A stretch of 64,000 nucleotides of DNA from Acipenser ruthenus (Eukaryota): the NCBI RefSeq assembly GCF_902713425.1, contig NC_081212.1, positions 10,100,261-10,164,260 of the forward strand, in the 5' to 3' direction. Shown here piece by piece: positions 10,703 through 24,397 of the stretch (the stretch's first letter is position 1; each line of letters opens with the position of its first letter). The position numbers and the translations under genes were made by a program. A model generated the notes under the pieces. The model saw only the letters and a program-made list of their open reading frames with translations. It made no database searches and had not been told where the DNA came from.

Positions 10703-11420
10703 CAGCACGGCATATTTTTTTCACTGTATGTATTTATTCTCCCCAGGTAAACAGCCACCCAACCAGAACGATGTATTTGTAGTGTGCATGGTGCATTGTC
10801 AATGCAAGTCTGACTGTATATTAAACGGAGTGAGAATGCACTCTGCAACGTTTTGGCTTCGACTGCTGCTTGACTCACAGAAACGACAATGTTGATACTC
10901 TGACTCTTCTTCTTAAAATGCATGTTAAAATGCGGAATGTTTTCAAATTCCATGAATTCGCAGGTCTGTACAGAACAAGACGACTATCTGGTCTCACAAA
11001 ATGTTGCTGGTTCTCGTAGAACAAAGAAGAGTTTGATCAACTATGTCATTCATGCCGACAAAGCTCAGGAGGGCGATCGTTAGGTTGAATATCTAAATTT
11101 CCCGGGTTATATCCCGAGTTTCGACAGATGTCAGTTTATTCATATACCTACAGAATCACAGGTACAAATATTGCAGTTAAAGTTTATGCTTTTCAAATCC
11201 GTGCACGAAAGGGGGTGCCCAAATCAGAATAAAAGTCACGAGGGGAGTAATCAAAACATCGCAAAAGAAAAATACACTGCATTAAACAAATCATTTGGAG
11301 CGGTCTAAAATGAGCAATCCAGGTTCGATTCATTGTTTTGCCCTTTCGATGGCAGCAGTGTAAAAAAATGACCTGCACATTTCTCTGCTGGCTTCGGGTA
11401 GCAAACAAGAAGCAGTGATT

Positions 11421-11493
11421 TCCCATATGATCTAGTGGTTACGATTCCCGTTTTTTCACCCAGGTGACCAGGGTTCAACTCCCTGTATGCGAA
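11421..11493 (+). pseudogene. tRNA-Glu(TTC)-like relic
   Basis: As 7718 copy. Confidence 0.55.
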
Positions 11494-11882
11494 TTCATTT
11501 ATTTACTTGTGGAGGTAATTGTCAGATAAAAGGATTGAAAAATGAAACCCCACATTGTAGGATGGGGAGACTTATAACTAGTGACCATTATATAAAAAAA
11601 ATAAATAACGTTTGCTTATGTTAGATGCAAGAGAGCGAGACAGATAGATTTGCATCTTGGTATCCCATCACTCCTATGTGCACCAAAGCAATGACGGTCT
11701 ACACTTCAGTTCATATATAATCGGAATAAAAAAGTGGACTCTGTTGCATTGTGAGGCTGCAGTGTCGATAACATAAACCTCTACGTTTGAGGGATCATTT
11801 AACTGTACTGTATTATATCCAAAATGGGTAATCGGCACTGTATGCTTAGAGCGCAACACACGGATCGTTTAATAAGCAACAT

Positions 11883-11955
11883 GTTTCCATAGTGTAGTGG
11901 TTATCACGTTCGCCTCACACGCGAAAGGTCCCCGGTTCGAAACCGGGTGGAAACA
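11883..11955 (+). tRNA. tRNA-Val(CAC)
   Basis: Canonical sequence, in a 1.25-kb variant unit. Confidence 0.9.
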
Positions 11956-12673
11956 CAGCACGGCATATTTTTTTCACTGTATGTATTTATTCTCCCCAGG
12001 TAAACAGCCACCCAACCAGAACGATGTATTTGTAGTGTGCATGGTGCATTGTCAATGCAAGTCTGACTGTATATTAAACGGAGTGAGAATGCACTCTGCA
12101 ACGTTTTGGCTTCGACTGCTGCTTGACTCACAGAAACGACAATGTTGATACTCTGACTCTTCTTCTTAAAATGCATGTTAAAATGCGGAATGTTTTCAAA
12201 TTCCATGAATTCGCAGGTCTGTACAGAACAAGACGACTATCTGGTCTCACAAAATGTTGCTGGTTCTCGTAGAACAAAGAAGAGTTTGATCAACTATGTC
12301 ATTCATGCCGACAAAGCTCAGGAGGGCGATCGTTAGGTTGAATATCTAAATTTCCCGGGTTATATCCCGAGTTTCGACAGATGTCAGTTTATTCATATAC
12401 CTACAGAATCACAGGTACAAATATTGCAGTTAAAGTTTATGCTTTTCAAATCCGTGCACGAAAGGGGGTGCCCAAATCAGAATAAAAGTCACGAGGGGAG
12501 TAATCAAAACATCGCAAAAGAAAAATACACTGCATTAAACAAATCATTTGGAGCGGTCTAAAATGAGCAATCCAGGTTCGATTCATTGTTTTGCCCTTTC
12601 GATGGCAGCAGTGTAAAAAAATGACCTGCACATTTCTCTGCTGGCTTCGGGTAGCAAACAAGAAGCAGTGATT

Positions 12674-12746
12674 TCCCATATGATCTAGTGGTTACGATTC
12701 CCGTTTTTTCACCCAGGTGACCAGGGTTCAACTCCCTGTATGCGAA
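12674..12746 (+). pseudogene. tRNA-Glu(TTC)-like relic
   Basis: As 7718 copy. Confidence 0.55.
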
Positions 12747-13925
12747 TTCATTTATTTACTTGTGGAGGTAATTGTCAGATAAAAGGATTGAAAAATGAAA
12801 CCCCACATTGTAGGATGGGGAGACTTATAACTAGTGACCATTATATAAAAAAAATAAATAACGTTTGCTTATGTTAGATGCAAGAGAGCGAGACAGATAG
12901 ATTTGCATCTTGGTATCCCATCACTCCTATGTGCACCAAAGCAATGACGGTCTACACTTCAGTTCATATATAATCGGAATAAAAAAGTGGACTCTGTTGC
13001 ATTGTGAGGCTGCAGTGTCGATAACATAAACCTCTACGTTTGAGGGATCATTTAACTGTACTGTATTATATCGCAGTAACTTGCCCACCGGCAAGTCAAA
13101 TGTCTTTGCTGTAGGGGGTAGCATTTAGTTATCCCAAGTTCTGTAGCTTTGCGCAGTGGCAGTATCATAGCCCATGAGGTTTGTCCGAGGCGTGATTATT
13201 GCTAGTTGAAAACTTTAACCAATACCCCGCCGTGGTGACTTGAAATATAGTCGCCGCTGGCAATTTTTGACAGTCTCACAGAGTCTGCTATCATGTAGTT
13301 GAAAGAACAGAACAAATGTTGACGCTTTGACATTCTGGGTTTGGTTTTGTATTCTACTGATTGGGCACAACATTTGAGTTGATCTTTTTACTCTTTATAA
13401 CATACAAGTGTATTTACAAGGTTAGGGGCCGTTTCTCCTGTTGTGTCAATTATATTACTATGCAGCTGGCAGGCATTCGGAACGCGCACGCTAACAACGC
13501 GTCATCTTTCATTTTACAAAACACGGGGCATTCGACACGGAGAAAACCTTCTAGACAAATACTAAAAGAGCTAAACATCAATTTGCCTCCCCAGCCATGT
13601 TAATAGATATCTGGCTTTTTTGCAGTAGCATTAAAGTTGTGGTGACACACGAAAAAGAAACATGGAAATCTGTTTTGGGGTTGGGGAGTTAACCTACCAA
13701 ACAATTTACGCACATGAATATATCATGAAAACAGCCATGCATGGAGGTCATGGGAACTCTCCGTTCTATTGCTTTCCTTTCTCCCAGATATATCATGCAC
13801 ATTATGTAACTTCTCTTCAAAGGCAATTTTAGTATTCAGACTGTAGTTGCAAAAATAATACAATATCTTTTGACTAGAGTTCATCTTTTAAAAACAACTA
13901 CTTTGCCAACAGAAGAAAAAAAGGC

Positions 13926-13998
13926 TAACAGAAGACGGTTTCGCTCCGTCGACCTCTGGGTTATAAGGCTCAGCACGCTTCCGCTGCGCCACTCTGAT
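13926..13998 (-). pseudogene. iMet-like tRNA relic
   Basis: As 6520 copy. Confidence 0.55.
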
Positions 13999-14135
13999 AC
14001 AGCTGCTTCTCGAATGAAACACCCATTAATAAAATAAAATAAATCAATCAATTCTCAGTGCAACTTTTTGACGCAGTCTGCTGCTGGACTCACAGAGAGC
14101 GGAGAAGACCGCAACAAAAAAAACGAACAAGCACA

Positions 14136-14207
14136 TGTTTCCACCCGGTTTCGAACCGGGGACTTTTCGCGTGTTAGGCGAAGAGATAACCACTACACTA
14201 TGGAAAC
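14136..14207 (-). tRNA. tRNA-Val(AAC)-derived, likely non-functional (1-nt D-arm deletion)
   Basis: 72 nt. The D-arm region reads ATCTCTTCGCC instead of ATCACGTTCGCC, and there is a variable-loop G->A change. Confidence 0.6.
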
Positions 14208-14334
14208 TTTCACATGTACATTGTTACATTCAGCTGGGCTTTAAGTGAAGACTGCCTTGCACTGCAGGATCCAAAATGGGTAATCGGCACTGTATGCTTA
14301 GAGCGCAACACACGGATCATTTAATAAGCAACAT

Positions 14335-14407
14335 GTTTCCATAGTGTAGTGGTTATCACGTTCGCCTCACACGCGAAAGGTCCCCGGTTCGAAACCGGGT
14401 GGAAACA
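14335..14407 (+). tRNA. tRNA-Val(CAC)
   Basis: Canonical sequence. Confidence 0.9.
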
Positions 14408-15126
14408 CAGCACGGCATATTTTTTTCACTGTATGTATTTATTCTCCCCAGGTAAACAGCCACCCAGACCAGAACGATGTATTTGTAGTGTGCATGGTGC
14501 ATTGTCAATGCAAGTCTGACTGTATATTAAACGGAGTGAGAATGCACTCTGCAACGTTTTGGCTTCGACTGTTGCTTGACTCACAGAAACGACAATGTTG
14601 ATACTCTGACTCTTCTTCTTAAAATGCATTTTAAAATGCGGAATGTTTTCAAATTCCATGAATTCGCAGGTCTGTACAGAACAACACGACTATCTGGTCT
14701 CACAAAATGTTGCTGGTTCTCGTAGAACAAAGAAGAGTTTGATCAACTATGTCATTCATGCCGACAAAGCTCAGGAGGGCGATCGTTAGGTTGAATATCT
14801 AAATTTCCCGGGTTATATCCCGAGTTTCGACAGATGTCAGTTTATTCATATACCTACAGAATCACAGGTACAAATATTGCAGTTAAAGTTTATGCTTTTC
14901 AAATCCGTGCACGAAAGGGGGTGCCCAAATCAGAATGAAAGTCACGGGGGGAGTAATCAAAACATCGCAAAAGAAAAATACACTGCATTAAACAAATCAT
15001 TTGGAGCGGTCTAAAATGAGCAATCCAGGTTCGATTCATTGTTTTGCCCTTTCGATGGCAGCAGTGTAAAAAAATGACCTGCACATTTCTCTGCTGGCTT
15101 CGGGTAGCAAACAAGAAGCAGCGATT

Positions 15127-15199
15127 TCCCATATGATCTAGTGGTTACGATTCCCGTTTTTTCACCCAGGTGACCAGGGTTCAACTCCCTGTATGCGAA
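15127..15199 (+). pseudogene. tRNA-Glu(TTC)-like relic
   Basis: As 7718 copy. Confidence 0.55.
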
Positions 15200-16376
15200 T
15201 TCATTTATTTACTTGTGGAGGTAATTGTGAGATAAAAGGATTGAAAAATGAAACCCCACATTGTAGGATGGGGAGACTTATAACTAGTGACCATTATATA
15301 AAAAATAAATAACGTTTGCTTATGTTAGATGCAAGAGAGCGAGACAGATAGATTTGCATCTTGGTATCCCATCACTCCTATGTGCACCAAAGCAATGACG
15401 GTCTACACTTCAGTTCATATATAATCGGAATAAAAAAGTGGACTCTGTTGCATTGTGAGGCTGCAGTGTCGATAACATAAACCTCTACGTTTGAGGGATC
15501 ATTTAACTGTACTGTATTATATCGCAGTAACTTGCCCACCGGCAAGTCAAATGTCTTTGCTGTAGGGGGTAGCATTTAGTTATCCCAAGTTCTGTAGCTT
15601 TGCGCAGTGGCAGTATCATAGCCCATGAGGTTTGTGCGAGGCGTGATTATTGCTAGTTGAAAACTTTAACCAATACCCCGCCGTGGTGACTTGAAATATA
15701 GTCGCCGCTGGCAATTTTTGACAGTCTCACAGAGTCTGCTATCATGTAGTTGAAAGAACAGAACAAATGTTGACGCTTTGACATTCTGGGTTTGGTTTTG
15801 TATTCTACTGATTGGGCACAACATTTGAGTTGATATTTTTACTCTTTATAACATACAAGTGTATTTACAAGGTTAGGGGCCGTTTCTCCTGTTGTGTCAA
15901 TTATATTACTATGCAGCTGGCAGGCATTCGGAACGCGCACGCTAACAACGCGTCATCTTTCATTTTACAAAACACGGGGCATTCGACACGGAGAAAACCT
16001 TCTAGACAAATACTAAAAGAGCTAAACATCAATTTGCCTCCCCAGCCATGTTAATAGATATCTGGCTTTTTTGCAGTAGCATTAAAGTTGTGGTGACACA
16101 CGAAAAAGAAACATGGAAATCTGTTTTGGGGTTGGGGAGTTAACCTACCAAACAATTTACGCACATGAATATATCATGAAAACAGCCATGCATGGAGGTC
16201 ATGGGAACTCTCCGTTCTATTGCTTTCCTTTCTCCCAGATATATCATGCACATTATGTAACTTCTCTTCAAAGGCAATTTTAGTATTCAGACTGTAGTTG
16301 CAATAATAATACAATATCTTTTGACTAGAGTTCATCTTTTAAAAACAACTACTTTGCCAACAGAAGAAAAAAAGGC

Positions 16377-16449
16377 TAACAGAAAACGGTTTCGCTCCGT
16401 CGACCTCTGGGTTATAAGGCTCAGCACGCTTCCGCTGCGCCACTCTGAT
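16377..16449 (-). pseudogene. iMet-like tRNA relic
   Basis: As 6520 copy, with an extra + strand AGAAGACGG->AGAAAACGG change. Lies in a 1.52-kb variant unit. Confidence 0.55.
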
Positions 16450-16647
16450 ACAGCTGCTTCTGGAATGAAACACCCATTAATAAAATAAAATAAACTGCAT
16501 ACACTGCATTAAACAAATCATTTGGAGCGGTCTAAAATGAGCAATCCAGGTTCGATTCATTGTTTTGCCCTTTCGATGGCAGCAGTGTAAAAAAATGACC
16601 TGCACATTTCTCTGCTGGCTTCGGGTAGCAAACAAGAAGCAGCGATT

Positions 16648-16720
16648 TCCCATATGATCTAGTGGTTACGATTCCCGTTTTTTCACCCAGGTGACCAGGG
16701 TTCAACTCCCTGTATGCGAA
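16648..16720 (+). pseudogene. tRNA-Glu(TTC)-like relic
   Basis: As 7718 copy. Lies in a 1.52-kb variant unit. Confidence 0.55.
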
Positions 16721-17899
16721 TTCATTTATTTACTTGTGGAGGTAATTGTCAGATAAAAGGATTGAAAAATGAAACCCCACATTGTAGGATGGGGAGACTT
16801 ATAACTAGTGACCATTATATAAAAAAAATAAATAACGTTTGCTTATGTTAGATGCAAGAGAGCGAGACAGATAGATTTGCATCTTGGTATCCCATCACTC
16901 CTATGTGCACCAAAGCAATGACGGTCTACACTTCAGTTCATATATAATCGGAATAAAAAAGTGGACTCTGTTGCATTGTGAGGCTGCAGTGTCGATAACA
17001 TAAACCTCTACGTTTGAGGGATCATTTAACTGTACTGTATTATATCGCAGTAACTTGCCCACCGGCAAGTCAAATGTCTTTGCTGTAGGGGGTAGCATTT
17101 AGTTATCCCAAGTTCTGTAGCTTTGCGCAGTGGCAGTATCATAGCCCATGAGGTTTGTCCGAGGCGTGATTATTGCTAGTTGAAAACTTTAACCAATACC
17201 CCGCCGTGGTGACTTGAAATATAGTCGCCGCTGGCAATTTTTGACAGTCTCACAGAGTCTGCTATCATGTAGTTGAAAGAACAGAACAAATGTTGACGCT
17301 TTGACATTCTGGGTTTGGTTTTGTATTCTACTGATTGGGCACAACATTTGAGTTGATCTTTTTACTCTTTATAACATACAAGTGTATTTACAAGGTTAGG
17401 GGCCGTTTCTCCTGTTGTGTCAATTATATTACTATGCAGCTGGCAGGCATTCGGAACGCGCACGCTAACAACGCGTCATCTTTCATTTTACAAAACACGG
17501 GGCATTCGACACGGAGAAAACCTTCTAGACAAATACTAAAAGAGCTAAACATCAATTTGCCTCCCCAGCCATGTTAATAGATATCTGGCTTTTTTGCAGT
17601 AGCATTAAAGTTGTGGTGACACACGAAAAAGAAACATGGAAATCTGTTTTGGGGTTGGGGAGTTAACCTACCAAACAATTTACGCACATGAATATATCAT
17701 GAAAACAGCCATGCATGGAGGTCATGGGAACTCTCCGTTCTATTGCTTTCCTTTCTCCCAGATATATCATGCACATTATGTAACTTCTCTTCAAAGGCAA
17801 TTTTAGTATTCAGACTGTAGTTGCAAAAATAATACAATATCTTTTGACTAGAGTTCATCTTTTAAAAACAACTACTTTGCCAACAGAAGAAAAAAAGGC

Positions 17900-17972
17900 T
17901 AACAGAAGACGGTTTCGCTCCGTCGACCTCTGGGTTATAAGGCTCAGCACGCTTCCGCTGCGCCACTCTGAT
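17900..17972 (-). pseudogene. iMet-like tRNA relic
   Basis: As 6520 copy. Confidence 0.55.
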
Positions 17973-18105
17973 ACAGCTGCTTCTCGAATGAAACACCCAT
18001 TAATAAAATAAAATAAATCAATCAATTCTCAGTGCAACTTTTTGACACAGTCAGCTGCTGGACTCACAGAGAGCGGAGACCGCAACAAAAAAACGAACAA
18101 GCACA

Positions 18106-18178
18106 TGTTTCCACCCGGTTTCGAACCGGGGACCTTTCGCGTGTTAGGCGAACGTGATAACCACTACACTATGGAAAC
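18106..18178 (-). tRNA. tRNA-Val(AAC)
   Basis: Canonical. Confidence 0.9.
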
Positions 18179-18305
18179 TTTCACATGTACATTGTTACAT
18201 TCAGCTGGGCTTTAAGTGAAGACTGCCTTGCACTGCAGGATCCAAAATGGGTAATCGGCACTGTATGCTTAGAGCGCAACACACGGATCATTTAATAAGC
18301 AACAT

Positions 18306-18378
18306 GTTTCCATAGTGTAGTGGTTATCACGTTCGCCTCACACGCGAAAAGTCCCCGGTTCGAAACCGGGTGGAAACA
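18306..18378 (+). tRNA. tRNA-Val(CAC)
   Basis: Canonical except a variable-loop G->A change (GCGAAAAGTCC). Confidence 0.8.
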
Positions 18379-19097
18379 CAGCACGGCATCTTTTTTTCAC
18401 TGTATGTATTTATTCTCCCCAGGTAAACAGCCACCCAGACCAGAACGATGTATTTGTAGTGTGCATGGTGCATTGTCAATGCAAGTCTGACTGTATATTA
18501 AACGGAGTGAGAATGCACTCTGCAACGTTTTGGCTTCGACTGCTGCTTGACTCACAGAAACGACAATGTTGATACTCTGACTCTTCTTCTTAAAATGCAT
18601 TTTAAAATGCGGAATGTTTTCAAATTCCATGAATTCGCAGGTCTGTACAGAACAAGACGACTATCTGGTCTCACAAAATGTTGCTGGTTCTCGTAGAACA
18701 AAGAAGAGTTTGATCAACTATGTCATTCATGCCGACAAAGCTCAGGAGGGCGATCGTTAGGTTGAATATCTAAATTTCCCGGGTTATATCCCGAGTTTCG
18801 ACAGATGTCAGTTTATTCATATACCTACAGAATCACAGGTACAAATATTGCAGTTAAAGTTTATGCTTTTCAAATCCGTGCACGAAAGGGGGTGCCCAAA
18901 TCAGAATGAAAGTCACGGGGGGAGTAATCAAAACATCGCAAAAGAAAAATACACTGCATTAAACAAATCATTTGGAGCGGTCTAAAATGAGCAATCCAGG
19001 TTCGATTCATTGTTTTGCCCTTTCGATGGCAGCAGTGTAAAAAAATGACCTGCACATTTCTCTGCTGGCTTCGGGTAGCAAACAAGAAGCAGCGATT

Positions 19098-19170
19098 TCC
19101 CATATGATCTAGTGGTTACGATTCCCGTTTTTTCACCCAGGTGACCAGGGTTCAACTCCCTGTATGCGAA
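19098..19170 (+). pseudogene. tRNA-Glu(TTC)-like relic
   Basis: As 7718 copy. Confidence 0.55.
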
Positions 19171-20348
19171 TTCATTTATTTACTTGTGGAGGTAATTGTG
19201 AGATAAAAGGATTGAAAAATGAAACCCCACATTGTAGGATGGGGAGACTTATAACTAGTGACCATTATATAAAAAAATAAATAACGTTTGCTTATGTTAG
19301 ATGCAAGAGAGCGAGACAGATAGATTTGCATCTTGGTATCCCATCACTCCTATGTGCACCAAAGCAATGACGGTCTACACTTCAGTTCATATATAATCGG
19401 AATAAAAAAGTGGACTCTGTTGCATTGTGAGGCTGCAGTGTCGATAACATAAACCTCTACGTTTGAGGGATCATTTAACTGTACTGTATTATATCGCAGT
19501 AACTTGCCCACCGGCAAGTCAAATGTCTTTGCTGTAGGGGGTAGCATTTAGTTATCCCAAGTTCTGTAGCTTTGCGCAGTGGCAGTATCATAGCCCATGA
19601 GGTTTGTGCGAGGCGTGATTATTGCTAGTTGAAAACTTTAACCAATACCCCGCCGTGGTGACTTGAAATATAGTCGCCGCTGGCAATTTTTGACAGTCTC
19701 ACAGAGTCTGCTATCATGTAGTTGAAAGAACAGAACAAATGTTGACGCTTTGACATTCTGGGTTTGGTTTTGTATTCTACTGATTGGGCACAACATTTGA
19801 GTTGATATTTTTACTCTTTATAACATACAAGTGTATTTACAAGGTTAGGGGCCGTTTCTCCTGTTGTGTCAATTATATTACTATGCAGCTGGCAGGCATT
19901 CGGAACGCGCACGCTAACAACGCGTCATCTTTCATTTTACAAAACACGGGGCATTCGACACGGAGAAAACCTTCTAGACAAATACTAAAAGAGCTAAACA
20001 TCAATTTGCCTCCCCAGCCATGTTAATAGATATCTGGCTTTTTTGCAGTAGCATTAAAGTTGTGGTGACACACGAAAAAGAAACATGGAAATCTGTTTTG
20101 GGGTTGGGGAGTTAACCTACCAAACAATTTACGCACATGAATATATCATGAAAACAGCCATGCATGGAGGTCATGGGAACTCTCCGTTCTATTGCTTTCC
20201 TTTCTCCCAGATATATCATGCACATTATGTAACTTCTCTTCAAAGGCAATTTTAGTATTCAGACTGTAGTTGCAATAATAATACAATATCTTTTGACTAG
20301 AGTTCATCTTTTAAAAACAACTACTTTGCCAACAGAAGAAAAAAAGGC

Positions 20349-20421
20349 TAACAGAAAACGGTTTCGCTCCGTCGACCTCTGGGTTATAAGGCTCAGCACG
20401 CTTCCGCTGCGCCACTCTGAT
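20349..20421 (-). pseudogene. iMet-like tRNA relic
   Basis: As 16377 copy (AGAAAACGG variant). Confidence 0.55.
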
Positions 20422-20619
20422 ACAGCTGCTTCTGGAATGAAACACCCATTAATAAAATAAAATAAACTGCATACACTGCATTAAACAAATCATTTGGAGC
20501 GGTCTAAAATGAGCAATCCAGGTTCGATTCATTGTTTTGCCCTTTCGATGGCAGCAGTGTAAAAAAATGACCTGCACATTTCTCTGCTGGCTTCGGGTAG
20601 CAAACAAGAAGCAGCGATT

Positions 20620-20692
20620 TCCCATATGATCTAGTGGTTACGATTCCCGTTTTTTCACCCAGGTGACCAGGGTTCAACTCCCTGTATGCGAA
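20620..20692 (+). pseudogene. tRNA-Glu(TTC)-like relic
   Basis: As 7718 copy. Lies in a 1.52-kb variant unit. Confidence 0.55.
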
Positions 20693-21872
20693 TTCATTTA
20701 TTTACTTGTGGAGGTAATTGTCAGATAAAAGGATTGAAAAATGAAACCCCACATTGTAGGATGGGGAGACTTATAACTAGTGACCATTATATAAAAAAAA
20801 TAAATAACGTTTGCTTATGTTAGATGCAAGAGAGCGAGACAGATAGATTTGCATCTTGGTATCCCATCACTCCTATGTGCACCAAAGCAATGACGGTCTA
20901 CACTTCAGTTCATATATAATCGGAATAAAAAAGTGGACTCTGTTGCATTGTGAGGCTGCAGTGTCGATAACATAAACCTCTACGTTTGAGGGATCATTTA
21001 ACTGTACTGTATTATATAGCAGTAACTTGCCCACCGGCAAGTCAAATGTCTTTGCTGTAGGGGGTAGCATTTAGTTATCCCAAGTTCTGTAGCTTTGCGC
21101 AGTGGCAGTATCATAGCCCATGAGGTTTGTCCGAGGCGTGATTATTGCTAGTTGAAAACTTTAACCAATACCCCGCCGTGGTGACTTGAAATATAGTCGC
21201 CGCTGGCAATTTTTGACAGTCTCACAGAGTCTGCTATCATGTAGTTGAAAGAACAGAACAAATGTTGACGCTTTGACATTCTGGGTTTGGTTTTGTATTC
21301 TACTGATTGGGCACAACATTTGAGTTGATCTTTTTACTCTTTATAACATACAAGTGTATTTACAAGGTTAGGGGCCGTTTCTCCTGTTGTGTCAATTATA
21401 TTACTATGCAGCTGGCAGGCATTCGGAACGCGCACGCTAACAACGCGTCATCTTTCATTTTACAAAACACGGGGCATTCGACACGGAGAAAACCTTCTAG
21501 ACAAATACTAAAAGAGCTAAACATCAATTTGCCTCCCCAGCCATGTTAGTAGATATCTGGCTTTTTTGCAGTAGCATTAAAGTTGTGGTGACACACGAAA
21601 AAGAAACATGGAAATCTGTTTTGGGGTTGGGGAGTTAACCTACCAAACAATTTACGCACATGAATATATCATGAAAACAGCCATGCATGGAGGTCATGGG
21701 AACTCTCCGTTCTATTGCTTTCCTTTCTCCCAGATATATCATGCACATTATGTAACTTCTCTTCAAAGGCAATTTTAGTATTCAGACTGTAGTTGCAAAA
21801 ATAATACAATATCTTTTGACTAGAGTTCATCTTTTAAAAACAACTACTTTGCCAACAGAAGAAAAAAAAGGC

Positions 21873-21945
21873 TAACAGAAGACGGTTTCGCTCCGTCGAC
21901 CTCTGGGTTATAAGGCTCAGCACGCTTCCGCTGCGCCACTCTGAT
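21873..21945 (-). pseudogene. iMet-like tRNA relic
   Basis: As 6520 copy. Confidence 0.55.
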
Positions 21946-22081
21946 ACAGCTGCTTCTCGAATGAAACACCCATTAATAAAATAAAATAAATCAATCAATT
22001 CTCAGTGCAACTTTTTGACGCAGTCTGCTGCTGGACTCACAGAGAGCGGAGAAGACCGCAACAAAAAAACGAACAAGCACA

Positions 22082-22154
22082 TGTTTCCACCCGGTTTCGA
22101 ACCGGGGACCTTTCGCGTGTTAGGCGAACGTGATAACCACTACACTATGGAAAC
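22082..22154 (-). tRNA. tRNA-Val(AAC)
   Basis: Canonical. Confidence 0.9.
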
Positions 22155-22281
22155 TTTCACATGTACATTGTTACATTCAGCTGGGCTTTAAGTGAAGACT
22201 GCCTTGCACTGCAGGATCCAAAATGGGTAATCGGCACTGTATGCTTAGAGCGCAACACACGGATCGTTTGTTAAGCAACAT

Positions 22282-22354
22282 GTTTCCATAGTGTAGTGGT
22301 TATCACGTTCGCCTCACACGCGAAAGGTCCCCGGTTCGAAACCGGGTGGAAACA
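22282..22354 (+). tRNA. tRNA-Val(CAC)
   Basis: Canonical sequence. Confidence 0.9.
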
Positions 22355-23073
22355 CAGCACGGCATATTTTTTTCACTGTATGTATTTATTCTCCCCAGGT
22401 AAACAGCCACCCAGACCAGAACGATGTATTTGTAGTGTGCATGGTGCATTGTCAATGCAAGTCTGACTGTATATTAAACGGAGTGAGAATGCACTCTGCA
22501 ACGTTTTGGCTTCGACTGCTGCTTGACTCACAGAAACGACAATGTTGATACTCTGACTCTTCTTCTTAAAATGCATGTTAAAATGCGGAATGTTTTCAAA
22601 TTCCATGAATTCGCAGGTCTGTACAGAACAAGACGACTATCTGGTCTCACAAAATGTTGCTGGTTCTCGTAGAACAAAGAAGAGTTTGATCAACTATGTC
22701 ATTCATGCCGACAAAGCTCAGGAGGGCGATCGTTAGGTTGAATATCTAAATTTCCCGGGTTATATCCCGAGTTTCGACAGATGTCAGTTTATTCATATAC
22801 CTACAGAATCACAGGTACAAATATTGCAGTTAAAGTTTATGCTTTTCAAATCCGTGCACGAAAGGGGGTGCCCAAATCAGAATGAAAGTCACGGGGGGAG
22901 TAATCAAAACATCGCAAAAGAAAAATACACTGCATTAAACAAATCATTTGGAGCGGTCTAAAATGAGCAATCCAGGTTCGATTCATTGTTTTGCCCTTTC
23001 GATGGCAGCAGTGTAAAAAAATGACCTGCACATTTCTCTGCTGGCTTCGGGTAGCAAACAAGAAGCAGTGATT

Positions 23074-23146
23074 TCCCATATGATCTAGTGGTTACGCTTC
23101 CCGTTTTTTCACCCAGGTGACCAGGGTTCAACTCCCTGTATGCGAA
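23074..23146 (+). pseudogene. tRNA-Glu(TTC)-like relic
   Basis: As 7718 copy. Confidence 0.55.
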
Positions 23147-24324
23147 TTCATTTATTTACTTGTGGAGGTAATTGTCAGATAAAAGGATTGAAAAATGAAA
23201 CCCCACATTGTAGGATGGGGAGACTTATAACTAGTGACCATTATATAAAAAAAAAATAACGTTTGCTTATGTTAGATGCAAGAGAGCGAGACAGATAGAT
23301 TTGCATCTTGGTATCCCATCACTCCTATGTGCACCAAAGCAATGACGGTCTACACTTCAGTTCATATATAATCGGAATAAAAAAGTGGACTCTGTTGCAT
23401 TGTGAGGCTGCAGTGTCGATAACATAAACCTCTACGTTTGAGGGATCATTTAACTGTACTGTATTATATCGCAGTAACTTGCCCACCGGCAAGTCAAATG
23501 TCTTTGCTGTAGGGGGTAGCATTTAGTTATCCCAAGTTCTGTAGCTTTGCGCAGTGGCAGTATCATAGCCCATGAGGTTTGTCCGAGGCGTGATTATTGC
23601 TAGTTGAAAACTTTAACCAATACCCCGCCGTGGTGACTTGAAATATAGTCGCCGCTGGCAATTTTTGACAGTCTCACAGAGTCTGCTATCATGTAGTTGA
23701 AAGAACAGAACAAATGTTGACGCTTTGACATTCTGGGTTTGGTTTTGTATTCTACTGATTGGGCACAACATTTGAGTTGATCTTTTTACTCTTTATAACA
23801 TACAAGTGTATTTACAAGGTTAGGGGCCGTTTCTCCTGTTGTGTCAATTATATTACTATGCAGCTGGCAGGCATTCGGAACGCGCACGCTAACAACGCGT
23901 CATCTTTCATTTTACAAAACACGGGGCATTCGACACGGAGAAAACCTTCTAGACAAATACTAAAAGAGCTAAACATCAATTTGCCTCCCCAGCCATGTTA
24001 ATAGATATCTGGCTTTTTTGCAGTAGCATTAAAGTTGTGGTGACACACGAAAAAGAAACATGGAAATCTGTTTTGGGGTTGGGGAGTTAACCTACCAAAC
24101 AATTTACGCACATGAATATATCATGAAAACAGCCATGCATGGAGGTCATGGGAACTCTCCGTTCTATTGCTTTCCTTTCTCCCAGATATATCATGCACAT
24201 TATGTAACTTCTCTTCAAAGGCAATTTTAGTATTCAGACTGTAGTTGCAAAAATAATACAATATCTTTTGACTAGAGTTCATCTTTTAAAAACAACTACT
24301 TTGCCAACAGAAGAAAAAAAAGGC

Positions 24325-24397
24325 TAACAGAAGACGGTTTCGCTCCGTCGACCTCTGGGTTATAAGGCTCAGCACGCTTCCGCTGCGCCACTCTGAT
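24325..24397 (-). pseudogene. iMet-like tRNA relic
   Basis: As 6520 copy. Confidence 0.55.
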
